A DNA stretch of 64,000 nucleotides from Massalongia carnosa (taxonomy: Eukaryota): assembly GCA_965645245.1 (NCBI GenBank), contig OZ287067.1, positions 1,860,001 through 1,924,000 of the forward strand. Reading direction: 5' to 3'. A program made the position numbers and the translations under genes. Below, in pieces: positions 22,595 to 36,100 of the stretch. The notes beneath the pieces are model-generated. The model made no database searches. It saw only the letters and a list, made by a program, of their open reading frames with translations, and had not been told where the DNA came from. Each line of letters begins with the position of its first letter. The stretch's first letter is position 1.

Positions 22595-25500
22595 GTCCCG
22601 TCGATTCAACCAATTGTGATAAAATAGCCGAAATCGCGACTCCGGACGCGTCCGTCTCTAATTGTATTTTCCGCTTAGGGTCAAAATGCAATAACATAGG
22701 AGCGGAGGTAAAAGCATGCTTGAGACGACGAAATGATTCTCTTGCTTCTTCGGTGAATGAGAATTTAATATCGAACTTTCCTTTCTTTCCCCCTTTTAGT
22801 AGCGTCGTTAAGGCGGCCACAATGCGCGAGAATTCGTTAATAAATCGCCTATAGAAATTTGCAAACCCGAGAAATACTTGAACATCTCGATGATTTTTGG
22901 GTTCAGGCCAATTTATAATCGTCGCTACCCGAGACGAGTCCATAGATGTACCACCATTCCGATTTACAATAAATCCCAGAAATTCAATTTCAGTCTGGTC
23001 AAAGAGGCACTTGGATAATTTCACCTGTAGACTGAATTTCCGTAATTTCTCCAGGACTAGTCGGACATGAAATGTATGACCTTTCATCGATTTGGAGAAT
23101 ATCAAAATGTCGTCCAAGTACACCACTACAAAGTCGTCTAAATATTCCCGTAGGGCTTCGTTTATGTAGGCCTGGAATGACGCAGGGGCGTTGACTAGTC
23201 CGAATAGCATAACCCGGTATTCAAATTGACCGTACCTGCATCGAAAAGCCGTTTTCCATTCGTCACCGGCCCGTACCCGGATTTTATGATATGCATCCCG
23301 GTATCGAGTTTAGTGAAGTAGACGGCGCCAACAAGAACATTTAATAGGTTCATGATCAAGGGTAAAGGATATCGATTTTTGATGGTAATAGCGTTCAGTC
23401 CCCGATAATCAACATCTAGTCTCAGACCACCATCCTTTTTCTTGACGAATAAAATAGGAGCACCGGCCGATGAAGTGCTAGGAACTATAAATCCTTTGGC
23501 CAAATATTCGTCGAGGTACTCCCGTAATATTTGTAACTCAGTCAAGGATAAATTGTATATTGGACCGAATGCAGGCTGTTTTCCTTCCGTATCGATAGCA
23601 TGATCCTGAGGTCCATGTTCAGGCAACTTCTGTGCATTATCTTTCGAAAAGACGTCATGGAAATCTGAATATTTGGAAGGGATTTCATTTGTAACCTCCG
23701 TCACCGAACCGACTACGGTTCCTGCCCGATCGAGCTTCTCGATATCTAAAAGGAATGCCTGAACTCCATCCTTTTCACAAATGTCCCAAATTTTGTCCCT
23801 GCTCACCATCGCTACGTCCGCTTGACTACTGGTATTTTTACTTCGGGGGGGGGGGTAACCCCCCCTTCTACAGGCCTTTCAGTCTCGAGAGGTAAAATCT
23901 CATGCAGACAAGCCCCATCGTCACCACTTTTGGTCCGACGAACGTGGAACAATTTGCGCTCATGCCAGCGGATAACCGGGTCCACCCAATTTAACCAGGG
24001 TAGGCCTAGTATCATATCCACCCCGAACATGTCAGCACCCACGAACTTATGTTCCGTTCGATCCTCAATACCCCTACTGTCAACAACCCCAACTAGTAGG
24101 GAGTGATTTCGATAGGTACGCAGAGGTGTTCCATCCAGAGTCTTTAAATCGGACGGCGGTGGCGAGTCTGGGGTGAATCGGATGCCGAGTTCTTTGACCT
24201 TGAGTTGTGACACGAAATTCCATGTCGAACCGCAGTCAATCATGGCCCGAATTAGTAATATGACTTGTTCTAGATATAAAGTTATCATAGTAAACAAGTG
24301 AGTTATTTTTTCACCTCTCTTTTGACGAGCCAACACAATCGAGGCAATATCGATTGACTCTAGGCTTTTCCCGCCTTCCTTGTTGGGGCTCGACAGTCAG
24401 ATTTTTTATGACCCTTCTTACCATAATTCCAACAAGTGATTTTTGGAGAGTCGGTGGTGTCTTCTCGGGGTCGTTTACGACTCGGGGAGGTAACGGCTGC
24501 TTGAGCGGGACTAGCCTTGGAAGTTTCGCTCGTCTTTGAACTCGAGGCCTTGTTGTAGGTCACGGTTCGTTGGTGACTCTGGGCCCTCTGCGGCCTTTCT
24601 TCGTTTGTAGATCGATGATGGGGACGAGTAGCGTTCCGAACGAAATCGGGTTTAGGTTCCACTCTTTCTGCTACTCGGGCCGCTTCAATTAATGCAAGTC
24701 GTGTTGTGCCCTGAGAATTAGCTCGAATAATAGCTCTCTGTAGATAATCATGAAGAGAATGTAGAAGATTACTATGTCTTTATGATTCGGAAGGTATTTC
24801 TGGAAGTTGATCTTCCAGTGTGTCGAGATAAGAAACTAACTCCGACACTGTTTGTCCTGGTCGTTGTTTTAATTTCTTCAATTGTCCTCCGAGATCCAAT
24901 AGACGAAGATGTTTTGGTTTTAGCTTTTCCTGGAGAAAGTCAACAAAATATTTCCATGTAAGAGAAGATTCATCAAGTGTGGGCTTCTCTCTATGCCAGT
25001 CATCTGCTGGAGTTCCTCCAATATAATTCTCCCCATACAAGACCTTTGTTGTGTTCTTTTCATAGGTGATGGGTTTTTGATTGAAGGTACGAAGACATTC
25101 TCTGACGAATTGTTCGTAGTCCTTCGGGTTAGTCCCTGTATAGGTCTTTGGGTAAGTAGTCTTGAACGATTTTTCAAGACTCAATGGGTCGATTTCCTTA
25201 GGACGAATAGTCAACGTCGTCGGGAGGGGTTCGGCGGGGAATCCGGCGTCTCTGTCTGCTCTGGCTTTTTCTAGACTAGTAGCCAGCTGGGCGCGTTGTC
25301 TTTGGGCGTTTATCTCATCCAATTCACGTTGCATATCGTCCATGGAGGATAGAGGCGGGTTAGTCGTCCCGGAGTCGGGCGTGTTTTCCACTGTGTCCGA
25401 CTCGTTGTTTCCAGAGGAATTACCTCTGACCACAGCTGAAGTCGCACGTCGGGGTGCCATAGTATCGTCGGGCTGTTACTAGGATATAAGACTGATTAAA

Positions 25501-25956
25501 ATGTAAGGGGTCAAGTCTAACAGCGTGACTACTATATGGATTCGTGATGAATGTGCGAATAGAGAGTGGTAAATCAATAAATTGATGCAGTGACCCCTCG
25601 AAAGAAGTGGGCGATCAGGTCTTTATCCTATAGCCCCACTTCTTAGGGTCACCAGTCCGTTGATTTAATTACAGTGATTATGATTGGTACAATGAAAAGA
25701 AGATTACGAACACGAGCCGTGTCCTAGTCAGAGATCGGAGATCGGTTATAACTACCGATTCGCTTATGTCAGGACGTGCGTGACCTGACACGGTTCGACC
25801 AAGCGTGGTGCGGACGGCAGGACCTACAGCGAACATAGCAGGAGTCCCAGTTATAGTAGAATAGAGCTTGGTCTGCGGACTAAGTATTATGCCTTTTGGT
25901 CAGGAAGGACAGGTGGCGCAATGGTAGAAATCTATTCACTATCTCGCTTCGTCACA

Positions 25957-26170
25957 CGATGGTCGAAGGCAACCAAGTCCTCGGACACCAAAGAGCTTGC
26001 TAAGCTCGATGGTCGAAGGCAATCAAGTCCTCGGACACCAAAGAGCTTGCTAAGCTCGATGGTCGAAGGCACCCAAGTCCTCGGGCACCAAAGAGCTTGC
26101 TAAGCTCGATGGTCGAAGGCACCCAAGTCCTCGGGCACCAAAAGAGCTCGCTAAGCTCGATGGTCGATGG
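25957..26170. repeat. 50-bp tandem array of the Copia-2 leader, right part (about 4 copies)
   Basis: GATGGTCGAAGGC recurs at 25958, 26008, 26058 and 26108, with a variant at 26159. Confidence 0.93.
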
Positions 26171-26699
26171 CAAAAAAGTATATTGCTGGGCCTGATCGCC
26201 CCATTGGTACAAATATCATCAAAGCGTCAGTTTCAACCGCCATTGAATTCTGGACACGCAAAAATACAAAATCCATCGGACATCAAAGAGCTTAGTAAAC
26301 TCATTGATCGAAGACACAAAGACCTTTCTTTTTGGCAATTATGCCTCATTAAGGCACTAGGTGAGATTGTGCGGCAGTTGCCTCTTATTATTTAATCGGC
26401 CCAAGGCCGGTTAAATCAAATTGGAAGAACCCTGCGCTCAATTTCCTTTTGGTCAATTGGACCCTTGAAAAAGCCTAAGTTGAAATTCTCATCATGGCAA
26501 ACAAGCATGTTAAGCAAACAGGTTTCTCTGTTGAGACATCAGAGTGGACACTGGCTAAGGAGGGACAGTCTTTTCCTTGTCTATAAGAAAGGTCACAGAT
26601 CCACATTCTTTCAGTCACTACTTATACAAGTTTCTCGCCTTGTTCAATTGCTCCCCATTCTCCCATTATGTCTATCATAGATACGTCACATCTTTTGGA

Positions 26700-29600
26700 G
26701 AAGGCCGAAAGATATTCGGCATGGGCAAGCTATACGAAGGGCATTCTGCTCAAGAATAACTGCGAAGGAGCCATTCTAGAGAATTAATCAAAAATCACCG
26801 CTGAAACCATCAAGGAAGGTTTAATACAAGCAGGCTTCGACGCCAAAGGTCTTTCTGTCAGCATCTTGGTAAAAGAGCTGCGTGACGAGAAGAATAGACA
26901 GAAGGCCGAGATGACCAAGGCTATAGGAATCATTCACGGATTAGTTGCGGAGTGCCATTACAGCCTCATCGACAACAAGAATGCGGCAGAAATGTGGAAA
27001 ATCCTGAAGGATAGATTCCAAGATATAGCACCAATGAGCATCAGCGACATCATTCTGAAGGTTAGTTCTAAGAAGATGACTGACTTCGAGACCACCAGCC
27101 TATACTGTGCAGAGTACGAGAGCGCTTTAAACAAAATTAAAGGAATGCTGGACGACAAGGCCAAAGTGGATGTGCATACCGTGGAGTTCATGCTTCAGGG
27201 AATGATGCTGGTTAACACCACAGACGTCTATTCCCCATTGATAGCCCAACTTCGACGAGATTGGACACACGAAACCAAACCTGTCGGAAGCAATGAAGAC
27301 CATTGTTGCTTATTCTGTCAACATGAAAAACACCAAGGCACTTCATATCAGCACACCTGACTCGAGAGGTCGAGCCCCATTTGGGACCTGCACCTTCTCT
27401 GAATGTGTCGAGAGAAAGAACACTCGTCATTGGCCAGCTAACTGTTGGCAGAAGTTTCCACAGCTAAAAAGACATAGAAGTTCGCTCGAATCCGGAAGAG
27501 CAAAGAAACAAAAGACTACCTCGTCAGAAACGAAGGCGGACTTACCTCATACATCACCCAACATTCCAACGGTGAGTAGTTGACTCACACAGGTCATGGC
27601 CACAAGACTGCAAAAAGTCATGACCAGGACGAATCTGAACAAGAACTCGTGGTTATTGGACAGCGCTGCAGATATGCACGTATGCAACCACAGATACTCG
27701 TTTACTGACTATACGAGCTACTCTACTAATCTAGCAGGGTCAACGTCCACAGGAACGTCGCCAGGAAGAGGAACTATTCATAAGACATTGATCTTGGAGG
27801 ACGGCTTACCCTCGTCGATACTGATTCTTAACAATGTTCTCTACATTCCTCAATATCCGGTGAACCTTGTGAGTTTGGGAATGCTGAATCAACACGATAT
27901 CTTCTATGACAATTCAAACTGGAGACTGTTCATGGGATCCACTGCAAAAGTCATAGGGCACGTACCGAGAGTTGACAACAACTTCATGCTACAGACCGTT
28001 GACACCCCAGATATGAGGATGCATTTGAGCATAGTAGACGAGGACACCTATCAAGGACTGGACGTCACTATCTGTCAAATATCTGTCAAATCAAAACTCA
28101 CTACATGGCATGCAAGGCTTGGTCATCTCAACATTCCGACGTGTCGAAAATATTTGAAAACGCTAGACATAACGTATGATGACGATATCAACCAAGGTTG
28201 GTTTTGCCATGCATGCGAAATGGGAAAAGCCAAAAAGATATACAACCGAACACAGCAAGAGAGGGCCACAGAGCTCTTTCAAAAGATAAACTCTGACCTA
28301 GTGGGACCAATCAAGCCAGCAGGTCTTCTTGAAGAACTTTACTTCTTCACTTTCACCTGTGATGCTAGCAGATACACTCATGTCTATACCGGACACAAGA
28401 AGAGTGGATGGTTTGATCACTTGTTGACGTACTACAGCATGGCCCAAAACAAAATCCGGAAGGCTAAACCCATAAGCAGTTTTCGCACTGACTTCGGTAC
28501 GGAGCTTCGCAGTCACAAGTCAGACGTTTGGTTCCTGGAACAAGGCATAACGTTTGAACCAGCTGCTCCATACTTTCAAGAGGAAAACGGAGTCGCGGAA
28601 CGAATGGGCAGAACCATCATGGACATGACAAGATGCAGTGTCATTGCCGGAGACATTCCCGACTACTTGTGGGCAGAAGTAGTTCTCGCCATGGTTCACA
28701 CCAAGAACGTCAGACCAACCAACGCCTTGGCAGGTAAAACCCCGTATGAGATCTTCGAGAAGAAGTCACCTAAGCTGGATCACCTGAGAATTCTCGGATC
28801 CACAGTCTATGCGTTGATTCACGAAGAAGAGCGAAAAGGACTAAACAGCAAGGCTGCTAATTTTTCTCTGAGGGCTCAGAAAGGAATCCTGTGTAGATAT
28901 GACGGAAGCACCATCTATCGCGTCTTTATGGAAAAAGACTACAAGGTCATCAGGGTCAAGGACTTACGGATTCGTGAAGACGCCACATTCAAAGATGGGA
29001 CCGATCTACCCACGTACGATTCCATAATGATTCAAAACGAGAAAGATACCACACTCGAAATCAGTCCCACTCCTTCAAAAGACCAACCAGAGTTGAATTC
29101 CAAGATAAGTGACATCCCCAAACGTGGACGAGGTAGACCCAGAAAACACGCCTATGTCGCACAAGTGCTGAGTCTCCTGTCAAATGAGGCATTAAGTGAA
29201 CCAGAACACATCCCCACACTGGCAGATAGAGACGAAGAAGACCTACTTATACTTCTGGCCAAAGAACTGGAAATAGAGGGAGCAGCATACCTGAACGACT
29301 ACGATGCGTTCATTCAGTCAGACACAGCTGAGCCACAAACATATCATCAAGCAATGAACTCCAAATACGCAAACGAATGGAGTCTGGCAATGGATGAGGA
29401 GATCAAAAGTCTGCTGGAGAACAACACCTGGGATACATTATCCACCGAGTCCATGGAACCCGGACATATAATCTTGAGTGGCAAATGGGTATTCAAGCTG
29501 AAACGGGACGTAAATGGAAAGATCGTTCGCTTTAAAGCTAGATGGGTTGTCAAAGGATATCTACAACAATACGGAGTAGATTCGATCAAACCTTTGCATC

Positions 29601-30895
29601 TGTGGTCAAACCAATGGCTTTTCGCTTGCTATTCGCGTTAGCTGCCCATCACGATCTGAATATCGAGCAACTAGATATAGTGACAGCTTTTCTGAACGGT
29701 CTCATCGATCAACTCATCTATGTCCACATGCCGAAAGGATATGACACAGCTGGCATGGTGTGCAGGCTGAATAAAGCCCTGTACGGTTGGAAACAGTCTC
29801 CGCGTCTCTGGTATGAACGACTATCAACTTTTCTATTGAGCAAATTAGGACTGGAGAAACTCCACGCAGATCATAGCATCTTCGTCACACCTCAAGGGAT
29901 GAAAGGACCCATTGTTACCTCTTTCGTTGACGATTTGAACATCATAGGCCCAAAGGGTTCCCCGATGATCACCGAAGTCAAGAAACAGCTCAAGCTAGCT
30001 TTCAAGATGGTAGACATGGGACCAATCAGCTACTATCTAGGCCTCAAAGTCGAACGAGATCGAGTCAACAAAACCATAAAGCTATCTCAACCAGCCTATA
30101 TCGAGAAGGTATTGGAAAGATTCCATATGCAAACCGCAAAGACAACAAACACTCCCATGCGAGAAGGCTGTCTCTTCATCAATGAATCTCAGGCCTCCGA
30201 CAAGAACATAAAGTAAATATCAAACCATGGTTGGATCCATCATGTTCGCAATGATAGAAACCAGGCCAGACATAGCTTTCGCAACGTCCGTAGTCAGTCG
30301 CTATGCAAAGAATCCAGGCAAAACACATATGGAAGCGGCCAAACACATTCTCAGATACCTTAGCGGTACCAAGAATAGAGGCATCACCTTCGGTGGGGGA
30401 GATTTATTTATACAAGGTTATTCTGACTCTGACTGGGCCGGAGACAAAGAGCAGCGAAAATCCACCTCGGGTTATGTGTTCATGCTGAACAATGGACCAA
30501 TAAGCTGGTGTTCCAAAAGACAAACGACCGTCGCATTGTCATCAACCGAAGCAGAGTATATGGCACTCACCTTAGCAGCAAAGGAGGCTACATGGCTACG
30601 TTTACTGATGACTGAACTCGGATTGATGACTTCTGATGACGGATCCCCGACAATAAACGTGTTAAGAGGAGAAGGCACAATTGCATTGAAAGGCGACAAC
30701 CAAAGCGCCATAGCACTGGCCAATAATCCCGTATTACACTCCAGGACCAAGCATATCGACATTCAGCACCACTTCATACGAAACGAGGTGCTAGAAGGAA
30801 GAATCGACCTCACCTATGTTCTGACCGAAGACATGTTTGCAGATAGACTGACAAAACCCCTTACGCACGTCAAGTTCTACTCCTTTATCAGATAG
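26700..30895 (+). pseudogene. Copia-2 gag-pol polyprotein with stops and frameshifts
   Basis: AEMWKILKDRF (gag), WLLDSAADMHVC (protease), WHARLGH, FRTDFGTE, EENGVAER, KARWVVKGY, FVDD, YSDSDWAGD and RTKHIDI. The start is approximate. Confidence 0.94.
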
Positions 30896-31252
30896 CTCAA
30901 CATGGACAAACAGACATGAGAGGTTAAGAAGTTCAATCACGGTTGAATCTACGATGGAAACAAGTACTGGTAGGACTTGAGGGGGGGTGTTGAATATCCA
31001 ATTCCTGCCAGCATAATGAACACCTATCAGTTCAATGAACATAGCACCTACGGCTGCCCTAGATTGACCTACGGAAACCGTAGATGCCGCATTAGGCTTA
31101 GTCCCAAGATAAGATAAGATCACCTCGCTTAGAAGGGTGACCAGTAATAGGAAAAGATTGCTGCATAGCAACTCTTCATCCATTACATTACGGTCATACA
31201 TACCTTTATTATTACATAGCCATATAACCATAGTCATATACCTATTTCAACA

Positions 31253-31360
31253 AGGTTGAAGATTCGAGCAGCGCAAAACGATGCTCTCCTTAGGGTTTTC
31301 TAATAAAACTGCTTAGCATTTTGCACGCGCGTTTCAATAGAATTACTGGTTTTAATAATG
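31253..31360 (-). pseudogene. N-terminal (HTH) part of the decayed Fot1/pogo transposase
   Basis: Removing Copia-2 restores ...AARIFNLVDITLY... across the AGGTT TSD. Confidence 0.6.
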
Positions 31361-31759
31361 TTCTTATTCATGATACTACTGCTATACATGATTGAAGTGG
31401 GGAGCGGTTGATGAAATAAGAAGAGAGGGATTGACGAAATAGGAGGCATGCAACTTATGCGGTTGCGATTTAATAAAGGTGAATATCCCGGTTAATCAAT
31501 GAGTAGTTAGAATGTGCAGTTGATATCTATGGTATAAATAATAACAGCTAACGGTCGTAGGCTGCGGTCGAGAAGTGTTGCAAAAAGCTGCAAAATAGGT
31601 GGGATAATGGGTAAATTTTGACAAATCCTGAAATTGAAACTACGCAGACCACTTTCCCCGACTAGAGGTGGTACACCTCGTATGGAGGCAGCTAAGCGAG
31701 GCCGACGATTACAATTCTCACAATACTTTCGTCGAATTTTCATATTTAATTTGCAGAAA

Positions 31760-31919
31760 AAACGGACCGGGTTGAACTGTTTAACCCGGAAACCCGCATA
31801 AAAAACCCGAACCCGACCCAAACCCAACCCGTTTGTGGCGAACCCTATTATTTTTGGTGTCCGGGTTAAGTTTTGAAAGAAAAACCCGGCGGCGAAAACC
31901 CAACCCGTTGCGCGGCGTA
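31760..31919. repeat. Single terminus of a TIR element related to the neighbouring MITEs
   Basis: Ends AACCCGTTGCGCGGCGTA, with AACCC-rich subterminal repeats. No left TIR seen. Confidence 0.65.
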
Positions 31920-32157
31920 TGCGTATATCGAATAAGTATTAAAAGATACGATTTTTACAACTAAAAAAGGGTTTCCACGTAACATAATTTGGATAACTTT
32001 GTCCGCATGAGCCGGTCTACGGTCGATAACATATTAAAGTATGAATATATTATTATCATCATAACTTATCAATAACTCGTATAAAGTCTTAATAAAGATA
32101 ATCGTTTTGAAATCTGCTTTTTATCTTTATCAAGTCTTTATTTCTCTATGACGGAAA

Positions 32158-32390
32158 TGTCACGATTCTATACGGCACGACCTCGGCACTCGGTACCGCC
32201 TAGGGCAATCGCAGATGGAACACGTTGCTGCAGCTACTAGAAGGTTCCATGACGGCTATACCACATGGGTACTAGCGCAGTAGAGGATATATAGGAGTAG
32301 GATCTGGTTGTCGATTATGTTTTTCCTTCTTTATCTTTATTGTATTCGTTTCTAGAGTCTCTATGACTTGTCTCTAGGTAGATCATAATA
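32158..32390 (+). repeat. Solo LTR family Z
   Basis: Perfect TSD GGAAA. Ends TG...TA. Confidence 0.9.
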
Positions 32391-32418
32391 GGAAAGACAA
32401 TTCCTTGAAATTTTACAG

Positions 32419-32731
32419 TACGCCGCGCAACGGGTCGGGTTTCTCTTATGAAAACCCAACCTGTTTGTAGCAAACCCTATGATTTTTAGTGTCCGGGTTG
32501 AGTTTTGAAAGAAAAAATGGTGGCGAAAAAGCAATTTTGTCGCAAAAACCTAACCCGTTGCGCGGCGTAATTGTGTTATTACGTCGCGCAACGACTCGGG
32601 TTTCCCTATTGAAAATTCAACCCGTTTGTGACGAATCCTATGATTTTTGATTTTCGGGTTGAGTTTTGAGAGAAACCCCCGATGACGAAAAAGCAATTTT
32701 CGGTCGAAAACCTAACCCGTTGCACGACGTA
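32419..32731. mobile_element. Two tandem ~150-bp MITEs (32419-32569 and 32580-32731)
   Basis: TIR TACGCCGCGCAACGGGT...ACCCGTTGCGCGGCGTA, similar to the hAT-type MITE at 21916. TSDs are not clear. Confidence 0.8.
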
Positions 32732-33104
32732 TGCCTAATGAAGAATTCGATGACGCAATTTTGATATGCGCTTCACAAGTCGTTTTAGACTTTCAACAGT
32801 CGTATTTTAACTATCTGCATTTGATTTTAACGAGTCGACGCTGCTACGGAGACTTCGCGGAGATGCGCTGAAGAGAAATCGGACCACGATAGTTGTGCTT
32901 TGAATGGTTGATTCTCGAAACGATATATCGTATTTTTAAATCAATCGATTAGTTGGCTCTAAGTCTAATCAAGCTCTTGTTACGATATGTCAAAGACGAA
33001 TCGTAACAATTTGCAGGATATGTGTTTATTGCTTTCAAATAAACAAAATAACAATTCTTGATTGTTTGAAATATATATTTCTTTGTTATATTTTGTAGCA
33101 GTCT

Positions 33105-36100
33105 TTAATTGTTTCCTCGTAACATTTCAATACAATTCGATAATAAATGCGCCGCTTCGTGAGCCAGTTCCCAACGACATTCATCGAACATATCGCGCAA
33201 AACGTAAAGCATACCCATGCATGCATTACGATCACGCATTTTCTCAAGATCTGCTGGAGATTTTACCCCCCCCACTCGCTCCAGAAACAGCCGCATATCA
33301 TGTATCTGTTGGTTCAAGGTTGACAGCTCGGGAAGAGACCGGACAGGTCCATCCAACGCATACCCATAAGACCAAACCGTCAGTGCCGCAAAATACAAAA
33401 CCCATGACCTATTGAGCAATGAGTCGTCCTTAGCCGAATATTCCAGAAGACAGTCCAGCCCGTTCGCTTTTGCGCTACGCTGTGGATCACTTGTTTCTGG
33501 GATCAGTATCTGAGCTAGAAACTTGAGGGCAAAGAATGTCGCATGACGGGCGCTAGCTTTTGGTGCCCAATTTTCACGAATTCGTTTCTGCGCTATGTCG
33601 TAATCGGAGGGCAACGTCGTTCGACCAAGGAGTCGTGAAGCCTTGGCAAATATCTGGCAGCTAACAATGTCCACGTGCATAGCCATATGTGCAAGATGAT
33701 GTAGCACAGTTCTGCTCTCACAAATATTGTCCTCCTCTATCCTACTTGTTGGCTGGATCAAGAGTGATGGAGGACTTGCATCCTTTCCTATACTCTGATC
33801 AAAATCCTTCCGCCATGAGTCAAATGCTTTAATGAGAGTACCCCGCCATATATCTTTTCCGCCCAGGGCTTTCAGTGCTCCTAAAGAGCGTACCTGTACA
33901 TCTCTTTGATTCATGTGCCAAGTTACGCTGAGTAGACCAGCCATCAGGGCGGTTCGCCCAAATGCGTTAGTCCTCACCTTTTTTTGGTTAAGAGTAAGTT
34001 TCAAGCCTTCAAAGAAACTGATCGGTTTGATGCCCCTTGCATGAAGGTTCATCTCAATGCGATTCACTTCAGCGCTGCTGTTTGCGGACCATGCTGATTC
34101 ATCACATGGGAGCTGAAGTTTCATCTCATGGGCAACCAAAGTGGCTGAGTGACCAAACATGGTGGCATGAATAGAGTCGATGATGAATGCGCCGAACGCC
34201 ACTCGACGGGTAGCTTCATTGGTGATCCAGTGGTTCCACCACTGCTCAGGTGTGTTAGTGCTCGACCCTTGCTGACCAGGCCTAGAGGCAGGTAAAGTCT
34301 TCTCCTCATTAGCGGTAGGTGGGAAATCAAGCGCCGATCGACCGATGAGGGATGAACCTCGACGCATGAGGGTAAGCGACGACCCATGATGGATATGAGC
34401 ACGCTCATGAAGTATACGGGTGGAATACATTTTTTCGTAAATCTCTAGGAGGAGAAGTGCCTGAAAAACCCATAACTTCGCCGGTGGCAAGAAGTCTCTG
34501 TCTTTGAAGATCTCATTCCGGAGATGCCAAGCCAGAAAATTTGAAAGTTCTTGTCCTTTATCCGTAATAGCCTGACCGTGACGCTTGTCGAGGCATGATG
34601 CTCCTATTGCGATAACAGCTAACAACAATAGACTCTGCGCCGTGTCCGCCAGGAATGTCGGTTGGTGAAGAATCGGCATCTGGGGATGGAAATGATACCA
34701 GTAGGAGCCGATGTAGGTCTTCATCATCTGAAGACTAAGAACGTGCCCATCTGTGTTCAAATCGCCATTAAGAAGCTCTTCTTTCAGATTCCGAACCGGG
34801 GCGTGATCTGTCTCTTCAAAACGCTTCCTAATCAGCTCAAGAAGCTGCGTCCATTTTTCCTCTGAGAGAATGGTTGAAGGTAAAATAGGTTCTAACAAAT
34901 GTTCTACAGCCATACGATGTTGTGACGGTATCGGCTGCGCATAATGTCCAGTCAAAGCTCTCTCGTCCTGACCGTACTGTACTCCCGGAAGTTTGCCACT
35001 TGTGTCCATGAACGCGGTTTGCCCGAGCGTAACAGAAGGATGACGGGGGTCTACAGGTGAGAGATTGTTGGGGTTTGGCACGCTGAATAGCCACGCGGCG
35101 AAGTCATCAGCCAAGGCGCTTGGGCTTAGTCCATATCCCTGACCACCAAAGACAGGCATCGAGTACAAATTTGCCGTAGGGTCGATCAGGTGGGGATCCA
35201 TGCCGCCAGAGCCTGACAGGTCTAGCGATGAAACAGTATCTACTGGCGTCAAGGGAGTGGAAGAGGTTGGATAGCTTACTTGTGACGCACAACTGGCTAT
35301 ATGCGGTATAGAAGGAAAGCTGGGAGTGGGCAATGGTAACAAAGGTGGAAAGTTTTGATGCGGTGTATACGACTGGTCATCACCATCCTTTTGTGAATGT
35401 GATGATGGGGTTTGATGTTGTGATGAAGGAGTAGACATGGCTGAGGCTGAGGAAGGTGTGTAGTTCACCGGACTTGTAAAAGGTTGTGTGCTAGACCTAG
35501 ACAAATGAGGATCCGGATTTGGGCTTTTCTGATTTCGTCCTGAGCCGTACGAGGCGAAGCTTGCATGCCGCTGACTGGTGTTGTATTCGCGAAGGGCCAA
35601 GTTTCGATCGAGTTTATTGGACTCATATAAGCCGGTTATTGGGTTGGCATAATAGCGTTCATCACTATCTGATCTTTGCAATGAAGGCATATGCCCATAA
35701 TCTGGAGTAGAGGCTGAGTGATAGGGATGGGGGGACCTATTTTGGGGTCCTAAAGGCGTTTTGGTGACGGAATGTTGCTGCTGCTGCTGCTGCTTCTCGT
35801 TCAATCGATTCGGTAAGGGAGAACGTACGGGCATCGAGGGGATCGAAAGGGGTGGGACGAAAGGTGCAATGCTCTTCCGAGGATAGGTCCCGCTTGCAGC
35901 TCGAGGCTGGTCTGGTGATGGATGATACAACGACCCCGTCTGCTCTCGGTAGATGATATCTGGTGACCCAAGACTCGTTCGGCCTTCGGCATTGTGTCCA
36001 TATGGTTCCTTCCTTTGTAAATGCGAACCACGAGCGGTGTGTCTTTCCCGGTGCCGAGCACGCAAGTCTTGTCTAACAAACTGCCGCTCGCAGCCGGGGA

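Larger units (their letters stand above)
19820..25460 (-). pseudogene. Gypsy-2 gag-pol (gag 25460-24360; protease, RT, RNase H, integrase, chromodomain), with stops and frameshifts
   Basis: MIDCGSTWNFV, VYLDDILIFS, ETDASG, SDRGSLFTS, TAFHPQTDGQTER and WEVEQVLDSR...YLVKWMGF. A G GGA AAA slippery site at 24372-24366 is followed by the hairpin CAATCGA...TCGATTG. Confidence 0.94.
17989..25790 (-). mobile_element. Chromodomain-bearing Ty3/Gypsy retrotransposon (Gypsy-2, chromovirus), degenerate
   Basis: LTRs at 17989-18274 and 25502-25790, TSD CGGTT, and gag-PR-RT-RH-IN-chromo order. Confidence 0.96.
17979..25956. repeat. Solo LTR family X (171 bp), split by Gypsy-2 into 17979-17988 and 25796-25956
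   Basis: The joined halves match the inverted copy at 22424-22594. TSD CGATA/CGATG. Confidence 0.88.
17078..31252 (+). mobile_element. Ty1/Copia LTR retrotransposon (Copia-2), full length with nested inserts
   Basis: 265-bp LTRs at 17078-17342 and 30988-31252 (about 16 mismatches by manual count). TSD AGGTT. PBS GGTTATGAGCCC at 17343-17354. PPT GAGGGGGGG at 30979-30987. Confidence 0.96.
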
